Positions 50,691 to 59,432 of a DNA stretch of 64,000 bases are shown piece by piece. Each line of letters opens with the position of its first letter. Position 1 is the first letter of the stretch. The position numbers were made by a program, and so were the translations under genes. Location: positions 31,351 through 95,350 of the forward strand of contig CAZNJE010000002.1 in the NCBI GenBank assembly GCA_964573295.1, given 5' to 3'. The notes beneath the pieces were generated by a model, which saw nothing but the letters and a program-made list of their open reading frames with translations, was not told the origin of the DNA and did not search any database. Source of the stretch: an uncultured bacterium. GTDB lineage: Bacteria > Eisenbacteria > RBG-16-71-46 > CAIMUX01 > WJJG01.

Positions 50691-53657
50691 CTACCGCGAG
50701 ATCACGATCCGCGCCGTCCGATCCAGACCCTGGTCCCGGGACGCCAGACGCAGGAAATACACACCGCTACCAGCCGTCTGCCCCGCCTGATCCCGGCCGT
50801 CCCAGCGCAACAAGTGCAGGCCGCCGTCCAGATGGCCGTCGTGCAGGGTGCGCACTCGCCTACCACCGGCATCGTAGAGGGCCAGCTCCACATCGGCGCC
50901 CTGCGGCAAGGCCAGGCGAATATGGCTGCCGCCGAGGGTGGGGCTACTGGCACTGAAACTGAGCGCGGAGGCGAAGGCCGTCTCACCCGGCACCGAGGAA
51001 ACCGCGTCACCGAAGTTGAAGGTCACCTCATCGATCCAGAAACCAGGACCGTTGACGTATCCGTCCGAGCCAAACTGCACGCGGAAGGCGAACTCCTCGG
51101 AGGCATACTCGGAGACATCGAAGACCGCGCCGGTCCACTCTCCGGTCGAACCCGACCAACCCGGCTCGTAAGCGATGCCCGAGAGCGAAACCGACGGGTA
51201 ACCGCCATAGGGGTGTACGGTCACCCACGCATTCGTGGCCGCCGACCACACCTGGACGTTGGCGCCGTCGTAGCCGGTCTCGGTCTCGCACCAGTAGTGG
51301 AAACTCAGGAAGAACACCTCTTCGCCGGAGAAGTCGTAGGTGGGGCTGGTCAGAAGCCCGTAGACGTTGTCACCGTAGTTGGCGTCCATGCCAACGCCGA
51401 AGCAGTAGTCACCGCTGAAGCCCGCGGAGGGCCCGCCGGCGGTCGGCGTGGCACGCTCCCAGATCGGATCGGAGGCGAACCCGCCGTCGCCTCCCTCGAA
51501 GTCCTCCTCAGCCGGTGAGAGCTGCCCGATCAGGCTGAACTCGGTGCGAACGTCTTCGGGAATCACCAGGCTGTCGACGTCGGCCCCGTAGCCGGGCAGA
51601 TCGTCGAAGCGGAAGGTGTACGTGCGCCCGGCCGGGAAGCCGGCCAGTGTCCAGCGGCCGTCGGAGCCGGTGAGGGTGGGTTCGATCGGCGCGTCCATGG
51701 GCGTGACCCGTACACCGGCCAGTGGCGTAGCGCCATCGTCGGCGAACGCGTAACCGCGCACATCGACGAGCGTCCGCGGCTCGAGAGCGAGGTCGCCCGG
51801 CGTGGTGACGCCGCCTTCAATCATGACCGGCACGACCGCCGGCTGATGGTAGTAGGCATCGAAGGTGAGGGTATAAGCATCCGCCAGCAGCGGCAGCTCG
51901 TAGATGCCGTCGGCTCCGGTCATGGTGAATGCGCCGGTCTCCGCCACCCGCACCATCACCCCCTGGAGCGCCTCGCCGGTGACCGCATCGGTCACCTGGC
52001 CGGCCACCTCGCCGATACCGCTCTGGGCCAAGGTCCAGGCGGCGGTCAGATCCGGCCGCGGGCCGATCTGCTTCCACCCGGTCTGCGGCGTTCCGGTGGC
52101 CACGAGGATGTCCCGCGCCAGCTTGGCGTTGAGCTCGATTCCGTAGGCCGCTTTGCTGAGACCCTGGAGCACGGCCACCGAACCGGTCACGATCGGCGAC
52201 GCGCTGGAGGTACCGCTGAAGCCGGCCGTGTACCACTCGGTCTCGTCCCCGCCCTGCAGGTCACCGTACCCGGTGGTGACGACCGAGTACCCCCAGCCGT
52301 GCAGATCCACTCGGCTGCCGTAATTCGTGAACCAGGCCGGTTCGAGTTCCTCTCCGTTGGTGGCGCCGCAGATGATTGCCCCCGAATCCCGGAAGTCGCG
52401 GTCGAAGAGGTTCTGGTAGACCGGGTCGTCCAGATCCTGCTCGCCGTTGCCGGCCGCCTCTACGCAGATGCGGCCGCTGGCGGTGGCCAGCAGGATCGCG
52501 TCGAAGTTATCCTGCCAGAATTCCATGCAGACATAGCCGTGCTGGCCCGAGCCGGTGGCGTTGGGGCCGGGGGAATGCAGCTCGATCAGGAAGATGTCGC
52601 CCTCATCCAGCGCCGCGGCGCATGTGTTGATGGCATCGGCCACCGAGAGTTCAGCGATCGAGACGCCGCCGACCTCGACCTCGTGGGCAATACCGGTGAC
52701 GCCGAAACCGTTGCTCACGCCGCGGATCTCACCCACCACCGCAGTGCCGTGATTACGCCAGCCGACATCGTTGTAGCTGCCGCCGGCCGTGAAGAACGGA
52801 TCCGGCAGGTCCTCGTGATCCCACTTCCAGGCGCCCTCGATGTCGAGGACCTTGACCGACTCGCCCTTGCCACCCGGTAAGGCCCAGACACCTTCGGCGT
52901 CCACGCCGGTGGGCGCCGGGTCCAGATAGCCCTGCTGGTATTCGAAGTTGGGGGTCGGGGGGATGGGATCGCCTCCGGCCAGGGGCACGAGGACGGGCAA
53001 GCCATCGGCCACACGGGACTCCGCGGACGCCTCGGGGGCTGCCACGCCACGGACGGCCAATTCGGCAGCTGCGGCGCGGGGGTCATAGGTGCCGGTGAAC
53101 GCATCGAACCCGAGCGCGGCGGGCACGGCCACCGGCTCGAGGAAGGCCGTCTCGACGGCCGGGTCCCTGAGCAGCTCTTCCAGAAGCGCCAGCAGCTCCT
53201 CCCGCTTGGGCTCAACCTGCGGCACGAGCCGGACGTAGCGATTGAGATTGGGCAGGTCCAGACCTGTGCGCGCCTCGGCGCGGGCCCGCTCGGCGTCGAT
53301 CGCCTCGGGACTGCGCGAGAAGTGCCGCTTGACCTCGAAAGGCACCGCCTGCGACGCCATCAGATGCGCGATCCGCGTGCGGGCGGCTTCGGCGGCGGAG
53401 ACTTCCGGCCCAGCGCCTGCGGTGGCGCCCAGGACGGTCAGACGGCCATGATTGGCCTCCAGGCCGGAATCCTCGGCGAACTTGACCACGATGCGCCCCG
53501 TGGGCGCGGCGGTCTGGTGATCCAGCGCCGAGGCCTTCGGCGCGGCGCCCCACCCCAGCGCCGCCGCCGGCGAAAGGTTCGCCAGTGTCACTGCGACCAC
53601 GGTCACCAGAGCCAACAATGAGATCGCGCCCAAGGCGCGGAACGTCTTCGAGTTCAT
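50691..53657 (-). CDS. S8-family subtilisin-like serine peptidase with C-terminal T9SS-type sorting domain
   Basis: Signal peptide from ATG 53657 (SD GGAGGGGGG), His (HGTAVVGEI) and Ser (GTSSASP) catalytic motifs, C-terminal ...IRLALPQGADVELALYDAGGRRVRTL...GVYFLRL tail. Confidence 0.85.
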   Translation of the reverse strand: MNSKTFRALGAISLLALVTVVAVTLANLSPAAALGWGAAPKASALDHQTAAPTGRIVVKFAEDSGLEANHGRLTVLGATAGAGPEVSAAEAARTRIAHLMASQAVPFEVKRHFSRSPEAIDAERARAEARTGLDLPNLNRYVRLVPQVEPKREELLALLEELLRDPAVETAFLEPVAVPAALGFDAFTGTYDPRAAAAELAVRGVAAPEASAESRVADGLPVLVPLAGGDPIPPTPNFEYQQGYLDPAPTGVDAEGVWALPGGKGESVKVLDIEGAWKWDHEDLPDPFFTAGGSYNDVGWRNHGTAVVGEIRGVSNGFGVTGIAHEVEVGGVSIAELSVADAINTCAAALDEGDIFLIELHSPGPNATGSGQHGYVCMEFWQDNFDAILLATASGRICVEAAGNGEQDLDDPVYQNLFDRDFRDSGAIICGATNGEELEPAWFTNYGSRVDLHGWGYSVVTTGYGDLQGGDETEWYTAGFSGTSSASPIVTGSVAVLQGLSKAAYGIELNAKLARDILVATGTPQTGWKQIGPRPDLTAAWTLAQSGIGEVAGQVTDAVTGEALQGVMVRVAETGAFTMTGADGIYELPLLADAYTLTFDAYYHQPAVVPVMIEGGVTTPGDLALEPRTLVDVRGYAFADDGATPLAGVRVTPMDAPIEPTLTGSDGRWTLAGFPAGRTYTFRFDDLPGYGADVDSLVIPEDVRTEFSLIGQLSPAEEDFEGGDGGFASDPIWERATPTAGGPSAGFSGDYCFGVGMDANYGDNVYGLLTSPTYDFSGEEVFFLSFHYWCETETGYDGANVQVWSAATNAWVTVHPYGGYPSVSLSGIAYEPGWSGSTGEWTGAVFDVSEYASEEFAFRVQFGSDGYVNGPGFWIDEVTFNFGDAVSSVPGETAFASALSFSASSPTLGGSHIRLALPQGADVELALYDAGGRRVRTLHDGHLDGGLHLLRWDGRDQAGQTAGSGVYFLRLASRDQGLDRTARIVISR

Positions 53658-53950
53658 AGCTTTCCCCCCTCCGGCCTCGACCCTCCCTAGTGAGGGCCGG
53701 TGGGCACTCGGATACGTTCCACAATTATACCGCATCCGAGGGCCGTCCCCGCCGGTGACGCCACGGGAGTGGCGCATTCCACGCAAGACCTCCACTCCCG
53801 CAACCCCCTGGCGCGGAAATGTTTCCGTCCGTGAGGCTGAAGGCGGCCGGATGGAACGTCGTCTCAATGCGCGCCCTGGGCGTGGCTCTCCGGCTGCCCG
53901 TGGGGCCGGCGAGCGCCGCCCCCCAGGTGTCTCCTGGTGCCTGAGCGGTC

Positions 53951-54379
53951 GTGGCCGCGCAAGCCAAGAAGTTGCGGTGGCAGCCACCCGAACCACAGAA
54001 TCAACCCCAACCGGCCACTGGCAGCCCTTTGGGCAGCTGCGCGGATTGGAGCGATCAAGACACGGTGTACAAAGGAGACGAGGAGTTCGGACAACTCCGC
54101 GAACTGAGTCGGGCGTACACGATGGTGGTCAGCGATTCAGTTCGCGTGCAGAACCGGATCAAGAGCCTCTATCGTTCGCGAGGGATTCCTGCCATCGGCA
54201 AGGAGGTCTACGCGCCAGCGGCACGGGAGAAGTCGCTGCGGAAGCTTCCCGCGAAAACGCGCCCCCTGGCGGCGCTCCTTTACCAGGAACTTGACGGAGT
54301 GCGCGATCTGCAGAAGCGGTCGGAGAAGGAGATGCTCGCCGAAGCCCGCCAGCACAAGATCACCCACGTTCTGTGGTGA
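53951..54379 (+). pseudogene. IS110-family transposase remnant (central linker region only)
   Basis: 142-aa ORF resembling the region between the DEDD and Transposase_20 domains of IS110-family transposases (LRELSRAYTMVV..VRVQNRIKSLY...LRKLPAKTRPLAALLYQEL). It lacks both the catalytic N-terminus and the C-terminal domain. It sits at the edge of a lower-GC segment. Confidence 0.35.
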
Positions 54380-54495
54380 ATGTCGAACTTAGCGGCCAGT
54401 TCCTCGGTGATCTTGTCCTCTCCCCAACCGGGCGTGTCGGCAGAGATGCGTTTGATGAAGGCGCGGACCACGCCGGCCAGCAACGTCGCCTCGTT

Positions 54496-55731
54496 TCAGT
54501 CCGTCCACCTGCCAAACATTGGCACAACTTCCAGCGGCCTGCCGATCAGGTCTTCCGCGTCACGGCCGTTGCCGTCTGGTGGCCCCGCGTTGAAGGCCTT
54601 CTCGACCGGCTTCCAGTTGCGGCAAAGAACGACGTCATCGGTGCTCAACCAGAAGACCCGGTCGACGGCTGGGTCGCAATCGAGTACGACCTGAACTTGC
54701 TCGCAGAAGATCCCGTTCCGATCGAATACATCCCAGACCTGGTAGATTCCTGGCGGCGGATCCAGGGCGCCACGACTCGGCAGCACCCAGAGCTTCCCAT
54801 CGGCGGCGATGCGCATGTCCATGATGTCAGGATCCGTCGGGGCCTCCCGGTACTCCATCACCAGACATCCACCCACTGATACCGATCGCACCGTGTGAAT
54901 GCTGTCCCGTTCGGAGGGGCGCCGAGAACGTGAGGGGTACTCGCGCGTGATTTTCCTGATGACATCTCCGCTCACCGATGTTTGCGTGATGCTGTAGTCA
55001 TTTCGTTCCCCCGCGAGATAGACTGACGTGTCATCGCAAGCGAATCCTGAGATCTGGTACTGCTCGGTCTCGTGACAGACCGGTACATCATCCGAGTAGA
55101 AGAAGTCGCACGTGGCAACATGATACACGGGACCGGGCGAGAAACCGAGCCGCACGCGAAGGAGGTGGCTTCTCGTTCGCGAGCCGGCCCTCCCCGCTTC
55201 GCGAATGGGATCCACATCTGCGCGGAGCGCGACAAGAAAGCCCCTGTTCCCGGCAAGATCATCCGCGACCACCTGATGGCCGGTTCCCGGAATGAACTCA
55301 CTTCCCAAATGCACGCCCTCAGTGCTGTACATGTGAATCGCGGCCGGACGGTGATCCAGAATGCAGACGGTGCTGTCATCCATCGCCAGAAGCTTCCATG
55401 GTACACGAAAGTCACCGGGGCCCTCGCCCGATTGACCAAAGCTCGCCACGCATTCCCCCCAGCGGTCAAACGCATGAACGGCGCACAATTGCCGGTCCAG
55501 CAAAAGCAAGCAGTCCCCAGCGTTGGTAAACGAGACTGGATAGCCAACCAAGCAATTGGCCCCGTCGGTGTCCAGCGGGCGACCCGACTCGAAGCCAAGT
55601 GTCTTGAGTCCCTGAGCCGGCTCGTCAGGGTTCTGGACAACCACAACGGCTCCCACAAGAGCACTCTGGGCGAGCAAGAATGCAACGCACAGAAGTAGCC
55701 TCAACACGGGCTTGTTCCCTCGCAAACGCAC
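54496..55731 (-). CDS. Secreted NHL-repeat six-bladed beta-propeller protein
   Basis: NHL-like repeats (FGQSGEGPGDFRVPWKLLAMDDSTVCILD; ...GIYQVWDVFDRNG). Putative signal peptide (R)LRGNKPVLRLLLCVAFLLAQSALVG starts at GTG 55731, or at a TTG at 55704 that overlaps the upstream stop as TTGA. Lower GC (~57%) than surroundings. Confidence 0.6.
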   Translation of the reverse strand: MRLRGNKPVLRLLLCVAFLLAQSALVGAVVVVQNPDEPAQGLKTLGFESGRPLDTDGANCLVGYPVSFTNAGDCLLLLDRQLCAVHAFDRWGECVASFGQSGEGPGDFRVPWKLLAMDDSTVCILDHRPAAIHMYSTEGVHLGSEFIPGTGHQVVADDLAGNRGFLVALRADVDPIREAGRAGSRTRSHLLRVRLGFSPGPVYHVATCDFFYSDDVPVCHETEQYQISGFACDDTSVYLAGERNDYSITQTSVSGDVIRKITREYPSRSRRPSERDSIHTVRSVSVGGCLVMEYREAPTDPDIMDMRIAADGKLWVLPSRGALDPPPGIYQVWDVFDRNGIFCEQVQVVLDCDPAVDRVFWLSTDDVVLCRNWKPVEKAFNAGPPDGNGRDAEDLIGRPLEVVPMFGRWTD

Positions 55732-55916
55732 AGGCCACTTGGCAAGAGACGGTAGAGGCACATTGTCTCGGTCGCAACGGAAACGCAGTGTCCGGCGGCA
55801 TTGCAGCCGAGCTTGGGACAAGGTGTCGGCTCGGAAGGTTGCTCTTCCGCCTGAGGCAGGACCAGAGCAGTGAAGATGGCAATCAGCAAGAGCACGCAGC
55901 ACAGAAGAGGTCTCAT
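55701..55916 (-). CDS. Small secreted cysteine-rich protein (71-aa precursor)
   Basis: ATG at 55916, 5 nt after AGGAGG. Signal peptide MRPLLCCVLLLIAIFTALVLPQA, mature ~47 aa with 7 Cys (CPKLGCNAAGHCVSVATETMCLYRLLPSGLCVCEGTSPC). Its stop overlaps the downstream propeller gene start. Confidence 0.5.
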   Translation of the reverse strand: MRPLLCCVLLLIAIFTALVLPQAEEQPSEPTPCPKLGCNAAGHCVSVATETMCLYRLLPSGLCVCEGTSPC

Positions 55917-55975
55917 GATATCCTCCTTCATATGTGTGAACTTCGGCACAGCACAGGACAGCAGGAGGGTTACAG

Positions 55976-56369
55976 AATGAAACTAGGCTGCGTGCAGCGT
56001 GTTCGTCAAGGCGCAACACGACTGTGCACGCCGCAATGCCGATCGGCCGTACTCAGCAGGAACTCCGTAAAGCACTCACGGACAGTAGTTTGGCAGATCG
56101 GCCTTCACGGTTATGGAAGACCCTACCTCTATGTCCGCGAGATCGCCCGCGTGGGCCGCCGGCCCGCGACCCTCGAACGGGTCGCGTCCACCCCTCTGGC
56201 AGATGTGCGAGAGGATCGCTGCTGGGAGGACCACATCTACCGCTACGCCAACACCGTTCCCCTGGTGGAGGAGGAAGACGCGCTGAAGGTCAACTGGTGC
56301 GAGGTAACCGTTACCTCAAAGAAGGGCAAACTCGGCCACGGCAAACAGCACCTCTCATCCGTGCCCTGA
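55976..56369 (+). CDS. Hypothetical small protein (131 aa), divergent from the Cys-rich peptide gene
   Basis: ATG 9 nt after GGAGGG. The C-terminal half has genome-typical high-GC3 codon usage. No recognisable domain. Confidence 0.3.
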
Positions 56370-56806
56370 CTCACTACATGTGCTTCCCTTCCTGGAAGGC
56401 ACTCATGGAGTTCATGATGCGTGGACTGGAGATCGGCCCGTACGAGGTCAAATGAGCCGCCCTCAGGGCGAGCTATGCCCGGGCGACTTCACTCACAGCT
56501 ATTGGGGCCCTCGCGACTGAGAAGTGACGCCCGCAACCGCGCTAACGCAGCCCCTTAGCGCCTCTCTTTCACCCCCAACCGGTCCACACCGGGGCCACGG
56601 CCCGGCCCCTCTGGACCCTTGGCCTTCTCCTGGATCCTGGGTAGCGGGATCTGCACGCCAGAATGAGAATTGCTGCGTGGGCTGCGGCTCCGCTTGATGT
56701 TTGGCTGCCGATTGCCGACTATCGGCAGAATCGCCGGCGGCCGGCCCGCGGCGACCCTGGCCAGGGTGGGGCCGCCACCATCTCAACCTCCAATCGAGGA
56801 ACGATC

Positions 56807-58201
56807 ATGAGCGAGAAAGCCTACAGCGGCAGCTGGAAGGAACAGCCCGAAGCCGCCGCCTACCTGGATGGTCTTTTCCATTCCTGCTTGCGGCACTTCC
56901 CGGCCTTGGAATGCTTGGCAGGCCGCGTGCTCGATGAAACCAGCTCGCGACTCTACGACTATGTCGACGCCTTCGTCCTGCCGGACACCGACGCGGTGAC
57001 CGGCCGGTTCGTGGAGCTCGGGTTCGCGGAAGAGCCCGGCGTGGCATGCGCGCCGACAGAGACGAGCTTCCATCACCCCGGCGCGATCTTCCCGCGCATA
57101 CTTCTGCGTTCGGGCGCCGGCGGCGACACGCCCCTCGGCATTCACCTACAGGTCGAGAGTCTCTCGCGCTGCCTGGCGGCGATCGGCCGGACGGCGGTGA
57201 TCGCAGGCGATCCGCTGGCCCCCTACCGCCGGGCCGTCCTGACCTCGACCGGCGAGTTGGAGTGGGTGCTGAGTGAGCGCCGCGGCACGCTCGATCACGT
57301 TCCGCCGCGGACGGCACCGGACCACGCGCACCGCTACCTCCTGGGAGTCGAGCGGTGGCTGCATCGCCAGCGCCGCTACGACCGCCTGGAAGACGGCCTG
57401 ACCGCGACCCTGAAACTGGCTCGCGATCTGGTGACCGACTTCGGCCGCGACGAAGCAGCCTGGATCGCCTTCGAGGCCGAGCGCATCTACTGGGAGCAGC
57501 GCAATCTGACCGCGCGCACGCAGAAGCGCCGTCTGGACGCTCTGGGCCTGGGCTGGGCCAACCATGATCACCACACCTTCCGCAGCTCGCGGCAGGCGTT
57601 CCCGCACCTCATCGAGACCCTCGAGACCTTCGGCTTCCAGTGCCGCGAGCAGTTCTACGCTGGGCGCGAGGCCGGCTGGGGCGCACAGGTTCTGGAGCAC
57701 CCGGTGTGCCGCATCGCCATCTTCGCCGACGTGGATCTGGCGCCCGAAGAGGTGGAGGGCGACTTCGCGCACAAGCCACTGCCCCCACGCGCAGAGCTGG
57801 GCACGGTGGGCCTCTGGTGCGCCCTCCACGGCGAGTCGATCCTGGAGGCGGGCCTCCACCACCTGGCCGGCCGGTTCGAATTCGACCGCTTTCGTGAAGA
57901 CATCACGCGCGAGGGCCGGGGAATGCTCGATCCGTTCGCCAACACCGACCTGCTGCGCCAGGCCTTCTCCGAAGGCGAGCGCTGGGCCGTCCCGCGGGAC
58001 CGCTTGGAGCGACTCGTCGCGCAGAAGGTCATCGATCAGGAGCAAGCCGACCGCTTCGGGACCCAGGGGGTGATCGGCAGCCACATCGAGAACATCCAGC
58101 GCGGACTGGGTTTCAAAGGCTTCAGCCAGAAGAGCGTGAGCGACATCATCCGGCGTACCGATCCCCGGGCCGAGGGCGCGAGCGCGGGAGGAGGCCAATG
58201 A
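56807..58201 (+). CDS. Hypothetical 464-aa protein, possibly DUF1338/HglS-like (not verified)
   Basis: ATG at 56807 after GAGGA. His-rich NHDHHTFRS segment. Its stop overlaps the start of the downstream 2-hydroxyacid dehydrogenase (ATGA). Confidence 0.6.
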   Translation: MSEKAYSGSWKEQPEAAAYLDGLFHSCLRHFPALECLAGRVLDETSSRLYDYVDAFVLPDTDAVTGRFVELGFAEEPGVACAPTETSFHHPGAIFPRILLRSGAGGDTPLGIHLQVESLSRCLAAIGRTAVIAGDPLAPYRRAVLTSTGELEWVLSERRGTLDHVPPRTAPDHAHRYLLGVERWLHRQRRYDRLEDGLTATLKLARDLVTDFGRDEAAWIAFEAERIYWEQRNLTARTQKRRLDALGLGWANHDHHTFRSSRQAFPHLIETLETFGFQCREQFYAGREAGWGAQVLEHPVCRIAIFADVDLAPEEVEGDFAHKPLPPRAELGTVGLWCALHGESILEAGLHHLAGRFEFDRFREDITREGRGMLDPFANTDLLRQAFSEGERWAVPRDRLERLVAQKVIDQEQADRFGTQGVIGSHIENIQRGLGFKGFSQKSVSDIIRRTDPRAEGASAGGGQ

Positions 58202-59367
58202 GCGACGCCTACGACAGCAGCAGGTCAGATGCGGTCTCCGATCCCTACGATGTGTTCTTCTACGAGGCCTTCGAGGAGGAGGCCGATTTGCTGGGGCAGT
58301 ACCTGCCCACCGACCTGCGTGCCGGCTTCACCTGGAAGACCATTCAAGAAACCGGCCAGGTCGAGCCAGCGGCGCCCATCATCAGTACGCGCACCCAGTC
58401 GGTCCTGCCCCCGGCCTGGGCGCCCAAGCTGCAGGCAATCCTGAGCCGCAGCACCGGTTACGACCACCTGATCCACTACCGGGAGACCACCGGCATCTCG
58501 CTGCCGTGCGGCTACCTGCCGCGCTACTGCCACAGGGCGGTTGCGGAGCAGGCCATGCTTCTGTGGACGGCCCTGCTACGCCGGCTCCCACGTCAGATCG
58601 AGCAGTTTCGCCACTTCGAGCGCGACGGGCTCACCGGCGCCGAGTGCAAGGGCAAGACCCTGATCGTGGTGGGCGTCGGCAACGTGGGCTCACAGGTCGT
58701 CCGTATCGGACAGGGTCTGGAGATGCGGGTCATCGGCGTCGACCTCGAGCCGAAGGACGACTCTGTGCCCTATGAGCCCATCGAGAAGGCGCTACCGCAC
58801 GCGGATGTGATCGCCTGCTGCATGAACCTGACGCCGGAGAACGTGGGCTACTTCAGTCGCGAGCGCCTGCTGGCGGCGCCGCGGGGCGTCGTGTTCGTCA
58901 ACGTCGCCCGCGGGCAGATGGCGCCCTCGCGAGTGTTGCTACCGTTGCTGAGAGACGGACACCTGGGCGGCGTGGGGTTGGACGTCTTTGCCGAGGAGAG
59001 CGCGCTCGCCGTTCAGCTCCGCGGGGAAGTGCCGGGGCAAGCCATCGCGGGCGTCGGCGATGCGAGCCCGTGCGCAACCGACACCGATGAAGCCGGACCT
59101 GGCGAAGCCGGACCTGACAAGACCGGACCTGACAAGACCGGCCCTGACGAGACCGGCCCTGGCAAAACCGGACCTGGCGAGACCGGTTCCGGTGAGGTGG
59201 CCGCGGAGGTGCGCGCCACACTCGAGTTGGCGCGCACGGCCGGCGCGATCCTGACCCCGCACAACGCCTTCAACAGTGTCGAAGCCGTGGATCGCAAGGC
59301 GCAGCAGAGCATCGAGCAGATCGAGGCGTTTCGGGGCGACGGCGCGTTTCTGTGGCCGGTGCCATAG
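58198..59367 (+). CDS. D-isomer-specific 2-hydroxyacid dehydrogenase family protein (NAD-binding) with a repeat-encoded loop insertion
   Basis: GKTLIVVGVGNVGSQV Rossmann motif, catalytic region (VNVARG...D, LTPHNAF His). In-frame (E/K)(A/T)GPx x7 insertion from a 15-bp repeat at 59089-59193. Confidence 0.8.
   Translation: MSDAYDSSRSDAVSDPYDVFFYEAFEEEADLLGQYLPTDLRAGFTWKTIQETGQVEPAAPIISTRTQSVLPPAWAPKLQAILSRSTGYDHLIHYRETTGISLPCGYLPRYCHRAVAEQAMLLWTALLRRLPRQIEQFRHFERDGLTGAECKGKTLIVVGVGNVGSQVVRIGQGLEMRVIGVDLEPKDDSVPYEPIEKALPHADVIACCMNLTPENVGYFSRERLLAAPRGVVFVNVARGQMAPSRVLLPLLRDGHLGGVGLDVFAEESALAVQLRGEVPGQAIAGVGDASPCATDTDEAGPGEAGPDKTGPDKTGPDETGPGKTGPGETGSGEVAAEVRATLELARTAGAILTPHNAFNSVEAVDRKAQQSIEQIEAFRGDGAFLWPVP
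59089..59193 (+). repeat. 15-bp tandem repeat x7 inside the 2-hydroxyacid dehydrogenase coding region (in frame)
   Basis: gaagccggacctggc / gaagccggacctgac / aagaccggacctgac / aagaccggccctgac / gagaccggccctggc / aaaaccggacctggc / gagaccggttccggt. Confidence 0.9.
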
Positions 59368-59432
59368 CGGCCGGCACAGCCCGGGGATGTTCTGGCCCGA
59401 TCACGAGAGCGCCCGCCTTTCGAGTCCGCGAG

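Noticed and set aside
56024-56455. 143-aa plus-strand ORF rich in Arg/Pro/Gly
   Set aside because: Overlaps the better-supported 55976-56369 small ORF in another frame. Composition is typical of spurious high-GC ORFs, and it has no RBS.
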